DNA from: an uncultured virus (IMG/VR IMGVR_UViG_3300042937_000239)
Taxonomy: Duplodnaviria > Heunggongvirae > Uroviricota > Caudoviricetes
IMG/VR virus record: IMGVR_UViG_3300042937_000239
Strand: one strand, 5' to 3'
Length of the DNA stretch: 64,000 bases
The notes below the pieces were generated by a model, which worked only from the letters and a program-made list of their open reading frames with translations, was not told the origin of the DNA and made no database searches. Each line of letters starts with the position of its first letter. The first letter of the stretch is position 1. Positions 46,575 through 57,600 of this stretch are shown here, one piece after another. The position numbers and the translations under genes are program-made.

Positions 46575-47825
46575 ATGGCAGCAAATAGCGTTACCTATAC
46601 CAGCGGAACAGCTGGTAATAATAACAACTATGTATTACAAGAAGCAATCGGCGCATACAGCGATGAAGCTTATACTAATGCTCGTAAGTTATCTGGTACT
46701 GGAATTACCTCTAGCAACCCACAAATTGACACTAACACAGAAACCTTTATTGGTCAAATGCGTTGGTTGAAACCTTTAAACCCTAAAATCAACATTGCAT
46801 CATTAACAGATGCTGCTGATGGCGAGAAAACTAACTATACATCTGACTTCAGTACTTACATTAAAACTGTACGTACACACGGTGCTGAAAAAGTCAATAT
46901 GACTGAAGTAGTTACTCGTCAAGATGGTTTAGCTAAAATTGGTCGTGACTTTGGTGAAACTCGTGCTCAAGACGAACATAATGCTATTCTTTCTGTACTT
47001 AAAGGCGTAGCTATTTCTGAAGCATTAGTTGGTACAGCAGGTGCTGGTGGCCAGTCATGGTCAAATGACCCTACTGACGCAGCTTATGGCTTCTATGTAG
47101 ATATCGGTTCAGCTACTGCTGGTGCAGGCAAAATCGTTTCTGGAAACGGTAAAGATAGAGACAACGTTCTTAACTATGCGTACCAAGGTGCTTCAAGAGC
47201 AGAAGGCTTGTTAGATGCATTTGGTAAAGCTTTCAAAGACTATGAACCAGATTGGGCATACTTAGCTGTATCTCCAGAAGTTTTAGCTTCTTTCCGTTCA
47301 GCTAACTTTGTTGATGAAACAACTGTAACCGAAGGTAATATTAACTTCCAAACAATTTTCAACGGTAAATTCCGCTTGATTGTAACACGGGCTAACCAAT
47401 CTTTAAGTGCATCTGATCTTGCTGTACTTAATGCAGGTGCTGGTGTTGATATTGTTGGTACTAAAACTTCATTCATCATTTTACCAGGTGCTATTGCAAT
47501 GGAAACATTAGCAGTGCCTGACTCAACTGAAGTATACCGTGATGCTAACAAATATAAAGGTGGCGGTGTTACCTCTGTTTGGTCACGTTGGGGTTATGTA
47601 TTAGCTCCTGCTGGTTATGATTGGAATGGTATTTCAACTGCATTCCCTTCAGATGCTGATTACGCTTCATACCGCAGTACTTCTGGCGGTAATACAACTT
47701 CAGTAGTTGCTGCTGCAGGAACACAAGCTGCTCTTATTTCTAACCGCGCTGCTGTAAAAGGCACTTGGACACGTAAAACAGCTTCTGCACTTTCATTGGG
47801 TATTTTACCAGTATTCCATTCTTAA
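46575..47825 (+). CDS. major capsid protein
   Basis: 416 aa after the scaffold; strong RBS; followed by neck genes. Confidence 0.8.
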   Translation: MAANSVTYTSGTAGNNNNYVLQEAIGAYSDEAYTNARKLSGTGITSSNPQIDTNTETFIGQMRWLKPLNPKINIASLTDAADGEKTNYTSDFSTYIKTVRTHGAEKVNMTEVVTRQDGLAKIGRDFGETRAQDEHNAILSVLKGVAISEALVGTAGAGGQSWSNDPTDAAYGFYVDIGSATAGAGKIVSGNGKDRDNVLNYAYQGASRAEGLLDAFGKAFKDYEPDWAYLAVSPEVLASFRSANFVDETTVTEGNINFQTIFNGKFRLIVTRANQSLSASDLAVLNAGAGVDIVGTKTSFIILPGAIAMETLAVPDSTEVYRDANKYKGGGVTSVWSRWGYVLAPAGYDWNGISTAFPSDADYASYRSTSGGNTTSVVAAAGTQAALISNRAAVKGTWTRKTASALSLGILPVFHS

Positions 47826-47835
47826 GGAGTAGGTT

Positions 47836-48318
47836 ATGGCACTCGTTAAAGGTGTTAATTCATATGCTGATTTGACAGAGGCCGATACTTATTTTGAAAA
47901 CAAGTTAGATGTTGCTGCTTGGACCGATGCAGCTGAAGTTCAAAAAGAACAAGCTCTTTGCACTGCAACATCTATACTTGATGAGATGGTTTGGATTGGG
48001 ATAATCTCTAGCGAAACACAAGACTTAGCCTTTCCTCGTAAAGAAGCTGAATACTTTGATCCGAAACTAGGCACTATGAAGTCTTTAAATAGTATAGAGG
48101 TTCCTGGTAGAATTGTCAATGCTACGTATGAACTTGCTTATCATTTATTAAATAATGATGGCCTCTATGATGATACAGGCATGGTTAAAAACTTGGAACT
48201 AGGTGACATTGTATTGGAGACAGTAATGCCTGCCAACAAAACGCCAAGAGTAGTAAAGAGTTATATTAAGCCTTTGTTGTCTAATAGTGGCGCAAGAACA
48301 TGGTGGAGGGCTAACTAA
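47836..48318 (+). CDS. head-tail adaptor (DnaT-like family)
   Basis: NSYA...EAD.YF...KEQAL..AT..LD...Q.L.FPR...A.YELA. Confidence 0.75.
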   Translation: MALVKGVNSYADLTEADTYFENKLDVAAWTDAAEVQKEQALCTATSILDEMVWIGIISSETQDLAFPRKEAEYFDPKLGTMKSLNSIEVPGRIVNATYELAYHLLNNDGLYDDTGMVKNLELGDIVLETVMPANKTPRVVKSYIKPLLSNSGARTWWRAN

Positions 48319-48659
48319 TGGCCTATAAAGGACTTATTGGTAGTCAGCTGAATATGGCTTTTAATATGGCCAAGGACTTAGCGGTTCTTGTAACCTTTCA
48401 GAAGGCTGCAAAAGAATTTGATTTTAGTACTGGTACTGTGGACACTGGTGTAATAACCAGTATCCCCGTAAAGGTCATTCCATTAAAAACTAAAAAGACA
48501 AAAGATTCAGAATCCTTACAAATTCTATTAAAGAATAAGGATGTCGGTGATTTGTCTTTATTTTCTACTGTTGTGAATAACGGGGTGGAATGGACTATTG
48601 GTACTATAATCATCTCAAATACATACACTAGCGTACTAGAGCTTACGAGGACATTATAA
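48318..48659 (+). CDS. head closure / neck protein
   Basis: Position and size. Confidence 0.55.
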   Translation: MAYKGLIGSQLNMAFNMAKDLAVLVTFQKAAKEFDFSTGTVDTGVITSIPVKVIPLKTKKTKDSESLQILLKNKDVGDLSLFSTVVNNGVEWTIGTIIISNTYTSVLELTRTL

Positions 48660-49069
48660 TGGGAAAATTCGTAAGTCTTGAACAGGATGTCTTTAGTGTA
48701 TTTGCTTCCCCTGAGTGGGTAGCAGAAGATATAAAAACATTCCCGACAAATTATATAGCTGTGAGCAGTGGCAAAGAATTTATTCGCGTCTCTGTGATAC
48801 CTAGTGGAAACGGTATAAACCGTAATTCTACAAAAGGTATTCTCATAATTGATATTTTTATACCTGCCGGAGAAGGTACAAGACGTGCCTTCGAGATAGC
48901 AGACGCACTTGATTCTCATTTAGTGAATAAGTCTATCAAACACTTAACGGATACAGCTCAAACTCAATTTGGGTTTAGCTCAATTAGTCCTAACGGTGTT
49001 GATAAGGACACGCCTTCACTATATAGAGTCACTTACTCTATCACATTTAATTATTTTTGTAAGGAATAA
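48659..49069 (+). CDS. tail terminator-like protein
   Basis: G.LIIDIF.PAG.G...A..IAD.L; precedes the tail tube genes. Confidence 0.65.
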   Translation: MGKFVSLEQDVFSVFASPEWVAEDIKTFPTNYIAVSSGKEFIRVSVIPSGNGINRNSTKGILIIDIFIPAGEGTRRAFEIADALDSHLVNKSIKHLTDTAQTQFGFSSISPNGVDKDTPSLYRVTYSITFNYFCKE

Positions 49070-49071
49070 CA

Positions 49072-49644
49072 ATGGCACACATTTCTAGCTTAACCGCTGC
49101 AATGTTCTCTGATTTATCAGTAAATATAACACCAAGCTCAGACTCAGCATGGAACGCGCTTACTACAGAAGCAAACTATAACGGCAAATTTGCTGGTACT
49201 ACTGATAACATCGGCGTATCTATTTCACATTTGAAAGAGTTTCCTGCTTTAGGTACTCCTGCAAACATTACTAAAGTACCTGAGTACGGTTCTAAAACTT
49301 CTAAACAAGTACAAGGCCAAGCTGATCTTCCAAATATGGAAATCACACTCAACTACATTCCTACCTTATGGAAAGGAAATGAGCTTTATAATGAAACTAC
49401 TAACACTGCAACAGGTGTTAAAGTGGGTGACGGTAAGCTTTATATCTTCCGTTTTGCTTTATTAGGCACAGAGGCTGCATCTAACCCGACTTCTGCTAAC
49501 CTAGCTACCGTTGAGAACTCTTGCTTTTACTTCTTAGGTAAAATGGAAGCATTGGAAGTAACTTCAAGTTTAACTGAAGCTATGACTGCTAAGCTAACAA
49601 TTTCAGTACAATCTGAAATTAAAGGCGCATTCACTAACGGCTAA
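49072..49644 (+). CDS. major tail tube protein, copy 1
   Basis: KEFPALGTPANITKVPEYG..TS.QVQGQAD.P.MEITLNY. Confidence 0.8.
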   Translation: MAHISSLTAAMFSDLSVNITPSSDSAWNALTTEANYNGKFAGTTDNIGVSISHLKEFPALGTPANITKVPEYGSKTSKQVQGQADLPNMEITLNYIPTLWKGNELYNETTNTATGVKVGDGKLYIFRFALLGTEAASNPTSANLATVENSCFYFLGKMEALEVTSSLTEAMTAKLTISVQSEIKGAFTNG

Positions 49645-49653
49645 GGAGGCCTT

Positions 49654-50346
49654 ATGGCAACAGCAAAAGGTCACATTTCTAGCTTAACAGCGGTAATGTT
49701 CTCAGACTTGTCAATGACTAATTACCCTGTCAGTAACTCAGACTGGGACAGTGCATTTAGTAATCCGCTTACCGTTGAAGATAAGCTTGGTAAATTATTT
49801 GACAATAAATCAAGATTAGTAACTATTGATGCTGATACTATTCCTGGTGGCGTATCTTTCGCAGATTTGATTGATACTACTAATGATGTATCACCAGGGT
49901 CTGCTGCTAGCTCTGCAGAGTTTGTTCGTATTACTCACTTAAAAGAATTCCCTGCTTTAGGTACACCTGCGAATATCACAAAGGTTCCTGAATACGGTTC
50001 TAAAACTTCTAAGCAAGTACAAGGACAAGCCGATCTTCCAAATATGGAAATCACTTTAAACTATATTCCTAGTTTATGGGCAGATGCATATGTGTATGAT
50101 GAAGAGGGTAGACGTCGTCAGCCAAGAGTTGGTGATGGGAAGACTTATGTATTCCGCTTTACTTTATTAGGCACAGAGCCTTCAGGCTTTACAACAACTG
50201 AATTGCGTGATAGCGAGCATTCATGTTTCTATTTCTTAGGTAAAATTGAAGCTATTGAAGTAACTTCAAGCTTAACCGAAGCAATGACAGCAAAGCTTAC
50301 TATCTCGGTTCAATCAGAAATTAAAGGTGCTTATACAGCAGCTTAG
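49654..50346 (+). CDS. major tail tube protein, copy 2 (paralogue with an insertion)
   Basis: Near-identical core to copy 1. Confidence 0.8.
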   Translation: MATAKGHISSLTAVMFSDLSMTNYPVSNSDWDSAFSNPLTVEDKLGKLFDNKSRLVTIDADTIPGGVSFADLIDTTNDVSPGSAASSAEFVRITHLKEFPALGTPANITKVPEYGSKTSKQVQGQADLPNMEITLNYIPSLWADAYVYDEEGRRRQPRVGDGKTYVFRFTLLGTEPSGFTTTELRDSEHSCFYFLGKIEAIEVTSSLTEAMTAKLTISVQSEIKGAYTAA

Positions 50347-50354
50347 TTTAATTG

Positions 50355-50382
50355 TGGAGGGTTTCGGCCCTCCATTTCTTTT
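50355..50382 (+). terminator. intrinsic terminator after the tube genes
   Basis: TGGAGGGT-TTCG-GCCCTCCA then TTTCTTTT. Confidence 0.7.
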
Positions 50383-50392
50383 CGAGACAACA

Positions 50393-50608
50393 ATGGCTAA
50401 AATTAAACCATTCAGTATTGACTATGTTGTCGGTATTACCGTTAAACATATGCTGAAAAGTATAGACGTCAGTATTAATAAAACATTCCAACGTACGAAA
50501 GATGGTTCACTTTCAGCTGAAAAATCAGCGGAAGCGTTTGAAGCATTATCCGTATTACATCAAATGAGAGCGCAACTAAATGAACGCCCAAACAATCAAG
50601 GTAACTAA
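50393..50608 (+). CDS. hypothetical tail-region protein
   Basis: Likely start ATG 50393. Confidence 0.55.
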   Translation: MAKIKPFSIDYVVGITVKHMLKSIDVSINKTFQRTKDGSLSAEKSAEAFEALSVLHQMRAQLNERPNNQGN

Positions 50609-50609
50609 T

Positions 50610-50927
50610 ATGTCAGAAGCAAAAGGTATTAAAGGTCTAGTCGGCCAAAAAATGAACAAATCTACTAAATTTTTAGGTAGTGATGTTAAAATTTCGAAAC
50701 TAACAGTAGCAGAAGTTGTAGAAATCCAAAAGCGTGCTCAAGATATTGAAAAAGATGAGACTGCTGGTTTGGAAGTTTTGAAACTAGTAATTCGTTCTGC
50801 TGTAGAAGGCGGTGACGAATTAACCGATGATGATTTTGATAACTTTCCAATGGATGAATTATCTAGACTTTCAAATGATATTATGAAATTCTCAGGTATG
50901 GGTCAAGATCAGGGAAAGTCGTCTTAA
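50610..50927 (+). CDS. tail assembly chaperone (gpG-like)
   Basis: Acidic ~105 aa between tube and TMP; ends in the GGGAAAG slippery site. Confidence 0.75.
   Translation: MSEAKGIKGLVGQKMNKSTKFLGSDVKISKLTVAEVVEIQKRAQDIEKDETAGLEVLKLVIRSAVEGGDELTDDDFDNFPMDELSRLSNDIMKFSGMGQDQGKSS
50912..50918 (+). other. -1 programmed ribosomal frameshift site (G GGA AAG)
   Basis: Same heptamer as lambda G/GT; the -1 frame is open from 50918 into ORF 50972..51262. Confidence 0.85.
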
Positions 50928-51262
50928 GTGACGAAGAGCTTCCTATTTTTGAAATAGCGTATCAGCTTAAAATGCCTGTTAGCAAGTTATATGAAGATAT
51001 GACTTATGAAGAGCTTTTAGGCTGGTTTAACTATTTTGAAAGGCGGCCTGTAGAGTGGAGAGCAGATGATCGTGCTTCCAAACTTTTACAGGCACAGGGT
51101 GTTAATCAAAAGCCTTGGCAGCTATTTACTTCATTAGAGCCTATTTATAATCCGCCCTCCAAGGCTAATTCGGATGGTAGTTTTGATACCAGCAGCTTTA
51201 AGCGTTCTGGATTCTTCCAGAAACTTGCAACTGCCACAGGCGGGGAGTCTGTTCTTAAATGA
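50918..51262 (+). CDS. gpT-like frameshifted extension of the tail assembly chaperone
   Basis: VVLSDEELPIFEIAYQLKMPVSKL...MTYEELLGW..YF. Confidence 0.75.
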   Translation, partial: VVLSDEELPIFEIAYQLKMPVSKLYEDMTYEELLGWFNYFERRPVEWRADDRASKLLQAQGVNQKPWQLFTSLEPIYNPPSKANSDGSFDTSSFKRSGFFQKLATATGGESVLK

Positions 51263-51552
51263 ATATGAAAATTGATTTAAATTTAATGTCAGAGTTTAAA
51301 CAAAAGTCTGAAATTATCAAAAACAAAGAAGCTAAGAGATTAGTGGAAGAGTTACGTGCAGCAACACCTATAGATACGGGTAGAGCTAGAGCAGGTTGGA
51401 AATATGAAGACGGTCAGATAAGCAATGATGTTGAATACATTGATAGACTCAATGCAGGGAGCAGTACACAAGCGCCCACGCATTTTATAGAAAGAACTCT
51501 GCTTGCAAATGAAAATGTAAGCCCTAATGGTGTAATTGTTACACCTAAATAA
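51259..51552 (+). CDS. HK97 gp10-like tail completion protein
   Basis: TPIDTGRARAGW...N.VEYI..LN.GSS.QAP..F.E. Confidence 0.75.
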   Translation: MNMKIDLNLMSEFKQKSEIIKNKEAKRLVEELRAATPIDTGRARAGWKYEDGQISNDVEYIDRLNAGSSTQAPTHFIERTLLANENVSPNGVIVTPK

Positions 51553-51556
51553 TACT

Positions 51557-51586
51557 ACCCCCTTATTCTTAAGTAAGGGGGTTTTT
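51557..51586 (+). terminator. hairpin plus T-tract before the TMP
   Basis: ACCCCCTTATT-CTTA-AGTAAGGGGGT then TTTT. Confidence 0.65.
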
Positions 51587-51600
51587 AATGGAGAATTTAA

Positions 51601-54600
51601 ATGTCAGGTATAGTAATTGAAGTCGATGCTAATACCCGAAAAGCACAGAGAAATCTAGAGGAAGTAAATACTACGGTTAAGTCAATTTCACAAAGTGTGA
51701 ATTCAATGGCCGATGGCTTCAAAAGTGCTTTTATAGCAATTGGAACCACCTTTGCAGCAGATCAGCTTCTAAAGTATGTAGAAGAAACTACATCATCTTT
51801 ACAAGAGATGGAAAACAAAGTTGCACTAGTTGTAGGTAAGAGTAACGAATTATATGATACACAAGTAAGACTTAGAAATATTGCAGATGAAACCAATGGT
51901 ACTTATAGAGAAACCGTTGAAGTATTTACTGCAATGGGACGCGCAATGCGTAACACTAATGTTGATATTGATAAATTAGCACGGTCTTCTAAAACAATAC
52001 AACAAGCAGTAGCAATCTCAGGCTCTTCTGCAGAAAGCTCTAAAGCAGCTTTAACTCAGTTGGGTCAAGCTTTCTCCTCTGGTGTTTTAAGAGGCGAAGA
52101 ATTAAACTCTGTAATGGAGCAAACACCACGTATTGCAGGCATGATTGCAGACAGTATGGGTGTCACATTAGGTCAAATGAGACTTATTGCTGCTCAGGGA
52201 GAAATAACTTCTGAAGTAATCTTCAAAGCACTTGCAGATCAAGCAGAAACAATTAATAAAGAATTCAAAAATATTGTACCTACATTATCTACAGGTTTCT
52301 TAAAGTTAAAAGAAAATGCAGCTTATGTATTTGTTGAATTTGACAAAGGCTTGGCGCTGTCTGAAAAGCTTTCAAAGAGTGTTTATAATCTTTCACAAGA
52401 ATTAGGAAAGTCTGTTGACAAGGCTTACTTACTTGGAAATGCTTTGCGATTTTCTTTGGTGGGTTTTAAGAATCCACTTGAGGATTTGCTAGAGCCTGTT
52501 AAGCAAATGTTAGAGATATCAATATATGCAATACAGCATTCTCTAGATACGATTGGTTTGACAAGGTTTATAACCACAGTAATAGAGCCTTTTGTAACTC
52601 AATTTACTGCTGCTATTGATATCGCAATCATGCGTTGGCAAATGTTTGGCAAAATGCTACGCTCTGTCAAAGGCGATGATATGTTTTATCTATTAAAACC
52701 TATGCAAGCTATTGGCGAAATAACAGCATTAACTCTTAGAAATACATTAGTAAAAGTTAGTGCAGAAATCTTGGCATATGAGCAATCTGTCACAGGTCGT
52801 TTTAGAGCATTCATAATAAAGGAAATGAGATCCTTTAATATAGGTGGCGAAATTGTCTGGTACAGAATGTCTAAACAATTAATACAGAATTTAAGAGATA
52901 CTGTCTTTGGTACTGACTCTGTTGCTGGAATTATTAGCAGTTTTGTAGGTTCTTTATTTTTAACACTTTCTACGGATCTTGTATCTGGTTTAAGAGATCT
53001 TGGAGAAACTCTAGCAGGCTACAATATACTTGAAAAGCTTTTTGGTGTTAGTTTTGGTGGCTCAAAGCTTGCAAGAATTGCTGGAAACTTAATGGTAACA
53101 GTGGCAGGTCTAGTAGACTCTTTAATGAATTCTCTAGTAAATGCTTCTGAAACATTCACTGAAGAATTATACTATAGACTAGCAGAAGGACTTAATTTAG
53201 TATTGCCTAAGTTTGCGCAAATAGACATGCCTATTGCCTTTAAGGTACATGTTGTATTTTCAAACATAGAGCAAAGTCTTGATAAAGTTTTAGATAGCCT
53301 TGTATCTGCAACAGCAATGTTGTCAAAGATAGATTTATTTGGTGCACTTACTGACGCTGCGTCTTATGCTTCTGGTGTATTTGTTGAGGTTTTAAATGTA
53401 CTTTTACATTGGATAACAACATTCTCCGAATTAGCTTTAAGAGGAGATTTAACAAATTGGTTTGAAGCCTTGGTAGACAAGGTACAATATTATTCAGATA
53501 CTCTGATAAAAGCATTAGCTCCAATTCAAGCTTTTGGTGATGCTGTTATTCAAGTGTTCTTTGAGATATATGACGCTGTTATTGCACATTCTTGGTGGAC
53601 AGATACTATTGATGAAATCATATACACATCTGCAACCTTATGGGGCAATACTTCAGTAGGCCTCAAGACTTTTGGAGACAATGTAATTGACTTGTTTGAA
53701 GTCATTTATACAAAGATTGGCGGTGTTTTAAATAGGATAGCTAGCCTTGATTTGTCGAAAACAATGTTCAAACTCAATAGCAAACTATATGCCTATTCAC
53801 CTAACTTAGCTGGATACGCTAAAGCTATTGAGGACTCTATACAAAAGTCTGTTGTATTCTTAAGAGATGTATTTTCAAATGATTTACTATTCAAAGGTTT
53901 GAGATATTCATTCACTGATACAATGTCTGGTGTTCTATCTTTTGTAAATCAAAGATTTAGAGCTTGGTTTAACACATGGCCATTGGCATTAAGACAAGCC
54001 TTTTCAGCCACAGTAATGGCAACGATTTTCAGCTCGTTACCTAAAGTTATTGCAGACGGTGTAATTGGCGGTTGGTTGCTAGCCTCCTCAATTATTGCAG
54101 GGACATCACTAGCTATTACGATTACTGCAAATACCTTTGATAAGAGCTTAGGCGTAGAGTTAGGCAAAGCAGCAGGTGATATTGCATCTGGTGTTGTTAA
54201 TGGTTCGCTTGTAGATATACCGAGATTGATTGGAGAAGGCTTTGCATTCTTTGGCAACTTTATGGAAAACTTCTTGACAGGTCTTCCTTACCTTGGTGTA
54301 ATATTCTCTGGTATCTTTAAGATTGCGTCTTTGTTTGGTTCTGCACCAGCAGTAGGTTTGTTGGGTGCTTGGCTATTTGGCGGATCTCTTGTAAGACTAA
54401 TGGTTGAATTAGGTGTCTACCGCAAAGGTTTGAGTGATGTATTACAGCGTCAGCGTAGTGTACAGTCATTCTTTATGGGTACTTACACAGGCAATAAGAC
54501 TGCAGGTGGACAACCTACTCCTTTAGGCAAAATGTCTAAAGCATTCTTTAATGATACAAACAGAACTCAAAGCCTTGCTATTACAGGGTTGATGATGGAC

Positions 54601-57600
54601 TTCTCAGGCATGTTTAATTCATTGTACAAAGATAATGTAATTGGGCACGCAATCGCAAGAGGCGGTTTGATTTGGTTAGCACTAACAGGTGAATCAGGTC
54701 TTAAAGATTTGAAAACAGGTGTACTTGATCCAATGTTGTCGCATCTACACAATGCAATGGATCGTAGTCCTGTGTGGGGCAAAGTAAGAGACAAGTGGAG
54801 AAAAGAAGTCACAATGTCTGGTACTGGCGGTTTTAGCGGGTTTACCCAATGGATGGCTAGAGAGCTGAACAATATTTCTTTAAAGACAAGTGATCACTTA
54901 TCTAAAGCTTTCAGCAAAAGTAATAAAATAAATGGCGGTACTTTTCTTCAGCATTTGCTATTAGGAAGAGATGCCAATACTTCTGGATTCTTTGATCGGT
55001 TTATCCTTGGTATTGAATCTGGTATGAAGCGTTTGCAAGATAAAATTGCAAACATGAAAGGCGGTTCTTTACTGAACAAAATCATACCTACACCAAAGCA
55101 AATATTTACAGCATTGTTTTTAGTTGGCTCTTTATTGTCAGCTATGTCTGCGCAAGGTGCAACTATAGATTCTGATAATTATTCTCCATTTAAGAATTAC
55201 TCTGCTAAAGATAAAGATTCTGAGAAAATCCCAACCCCAATGTTTCCAGACGCAAATCCGTTACAAGCAACATTAGACTTTTGGGAGTCTATGACAGCAA
55301 CTACGACACAAATACTGCTAGCTGTTACTGCAGCAACAGGTGTGTCAATGATTGTATTTAAGGAATACAAACGATTTGCAGCAGCTACTTACGCAAATAT
55401 TGACCGTGGCGCACTTGTTATGAGTGGTCTGTCTTATACATTAAAGACAATATTTAGCATGGCTGTTGAAGGCTTGGTAGGCGTTATTAGACTTTTGTAT
55501 TTAGAAACGATTCAATTCAGAAGACCAGAATTAGCAGGGCTTGAATTACTTACGGTTAGAATTAGAAGTGCAATGGCAGTTGTCTTGCGATTCTTAGCTG
55601 CTGTTTATGCTCCTCAGCTATTTGGTTTTGGTGCAATTGGAACAGGGTTAAGTGCATTAGGCGCGTATGCAGCTTATATGAGTGGACCTGGGATAGCCTT
55701 AAGAACTGCTGTTAACGCTAGACTAGAAGCAGCTATTATTGCAAAAGATGCAATGTTTATGAAGCTAGACGCTAAGTTTGCTAAATTAGCTTATACTAAC
55801 GCAACACTCGCACCTGCATTGCCTCTCTTAAGAACTGTAGATATGCTACTACAAGGTGCAGCAGCAGTTGGTAGTAGAGCTGCTACAAAGGCATTTAGGT
55901 TACCTGAAGGCGTATTGGCAGAGTCTATAGCATCTGCGCGTAAATCTCGTATTGCTCAATATATGAATGCGCCTAGTTATGCGGTTGCTGCTGCAAATAT
56001 GGCAACAGGCGGTGAAAGAGCGCGGGCAAACTTTATCAACGCTACTGATAAGAAAGGCTTGAGAAATGCTTTTGGTGTACAAGAAACCATTGCAGTATTA
56101 GATGTGCTTTCTAGCGGCATGCGTAGGTTTGCAAATACTCTAAAAGTTATTAGCGGTACAGTAGACTTTGCAATGAAAGGCATTAGCGCTGCAGCTACGT
56201 ATCGTGCAACTAGTTTGTTAATGGCTTTATATGTAATTGGCAACCTTGTAAATGCAATAGCAAATCCAAAGAAACGTGGAGAACAAGAAGGCTTCATGGG
56301 GACGGGGCATTCAATGGGCTTTGATTACTTAGGTAATATGCCTGTACCTGGTGGCGGTGAAATTCCTTTGAGTCATCTGTTAATTCCTGCTGCTATTGGC
56401 ACCTTTATGATGAAGAGTGCTAAGAAGGTAGGCTTAAGCAGAGCACACGATGTTCAAATGGACAAGATTACAAAGCGTTGGGAAAGACAAAATGCTACTG
56501 CAATTGCAGCTGATGAAGCAGCAACGCGTTCTTATAATCTTCAAAAATATATGTTTGAGCGGTCAGCTCCTGGTACAATGGTTCCGCCTATAATGCCAAC
56601 GATGACAGCACCTCCTCGTCCACAAAGATTAAACGAAACTCAATTAGCAGCAAGAGATGCTCGTAAAAATGCTAAACTAGAGTGGGAAAGAAATCAAGCT
56701 AATGAAAATTGGATGGCACGCCAAAATGCAAAAGAGTTTGCAAGACGTGGTATAGGTAGCGCTGCTGAATTCATGGCAATGGATGCAGTACAAAGAAGTC
56801 TATCTGGTGTTAGACTCACGCAAAAAGAATTCCTTGATCAAAGACATGCCGAAAGAATGGCGGCAGGTAAGGGTTCTGTTATTCGTCATAATATGCCTGC
56901 TGTTGCAGGTGCGGGTATTGCTGGTGCGGGATTATTAGCCGCTGGTGGCTATCTAGGCGCAAAAGCTGGTTCTATGATGTCAGATGGTTCTCAAGATGGT
57001 ATTTCAATGGGGCTGGGCATCGGAGCAGTAGTTGCTGGTATTTACGGCAGAGATATTGTAACTGGTGTATTTAACGCATTAAGCAATACTAAAAATCTTA
57101 AGCTATTTAAATGGACATGGATTCCTGTTGCATTGGCAGCTGCTTGGGACTCTATTTCAACAGCACATAAAACGCTATGGGATAGAATGTCAGAGTTGTG
57201 GGAAGGCTTTAAGAAATCAATAGGTCTTAAAAGCGAACCAAAAGATGCTAAGACAGGTCTCACTGAATCAAGCATGATAGAGGCTGCTAAATTAGGACTA
57301 GCTCCTTCTTTTGATATTTCTAAGATTGACATGAGTAAACTTAGCTACTCTGAAGAAACTGTATTCAAAGATACTCAAAAGCGTACTGAAGAAGCTTTAG
57401 CTGCTTCAATGGCTGAGAGATTGAAAATGGGTATGGTAGCAGATGAGACTGCAAATGCAGCTTCAGAAGCTTTAAAAGCTTTATCTCGTGTGTCAAAAGA
57501 GTTTGCAGCTAAGACTAAGATTGACGTAGAAGCTATGGCCAATCAAATGACTATGCTTGATACGCGCAATACAGTAGATCCTTCTCGTGGTACTCAAGCT

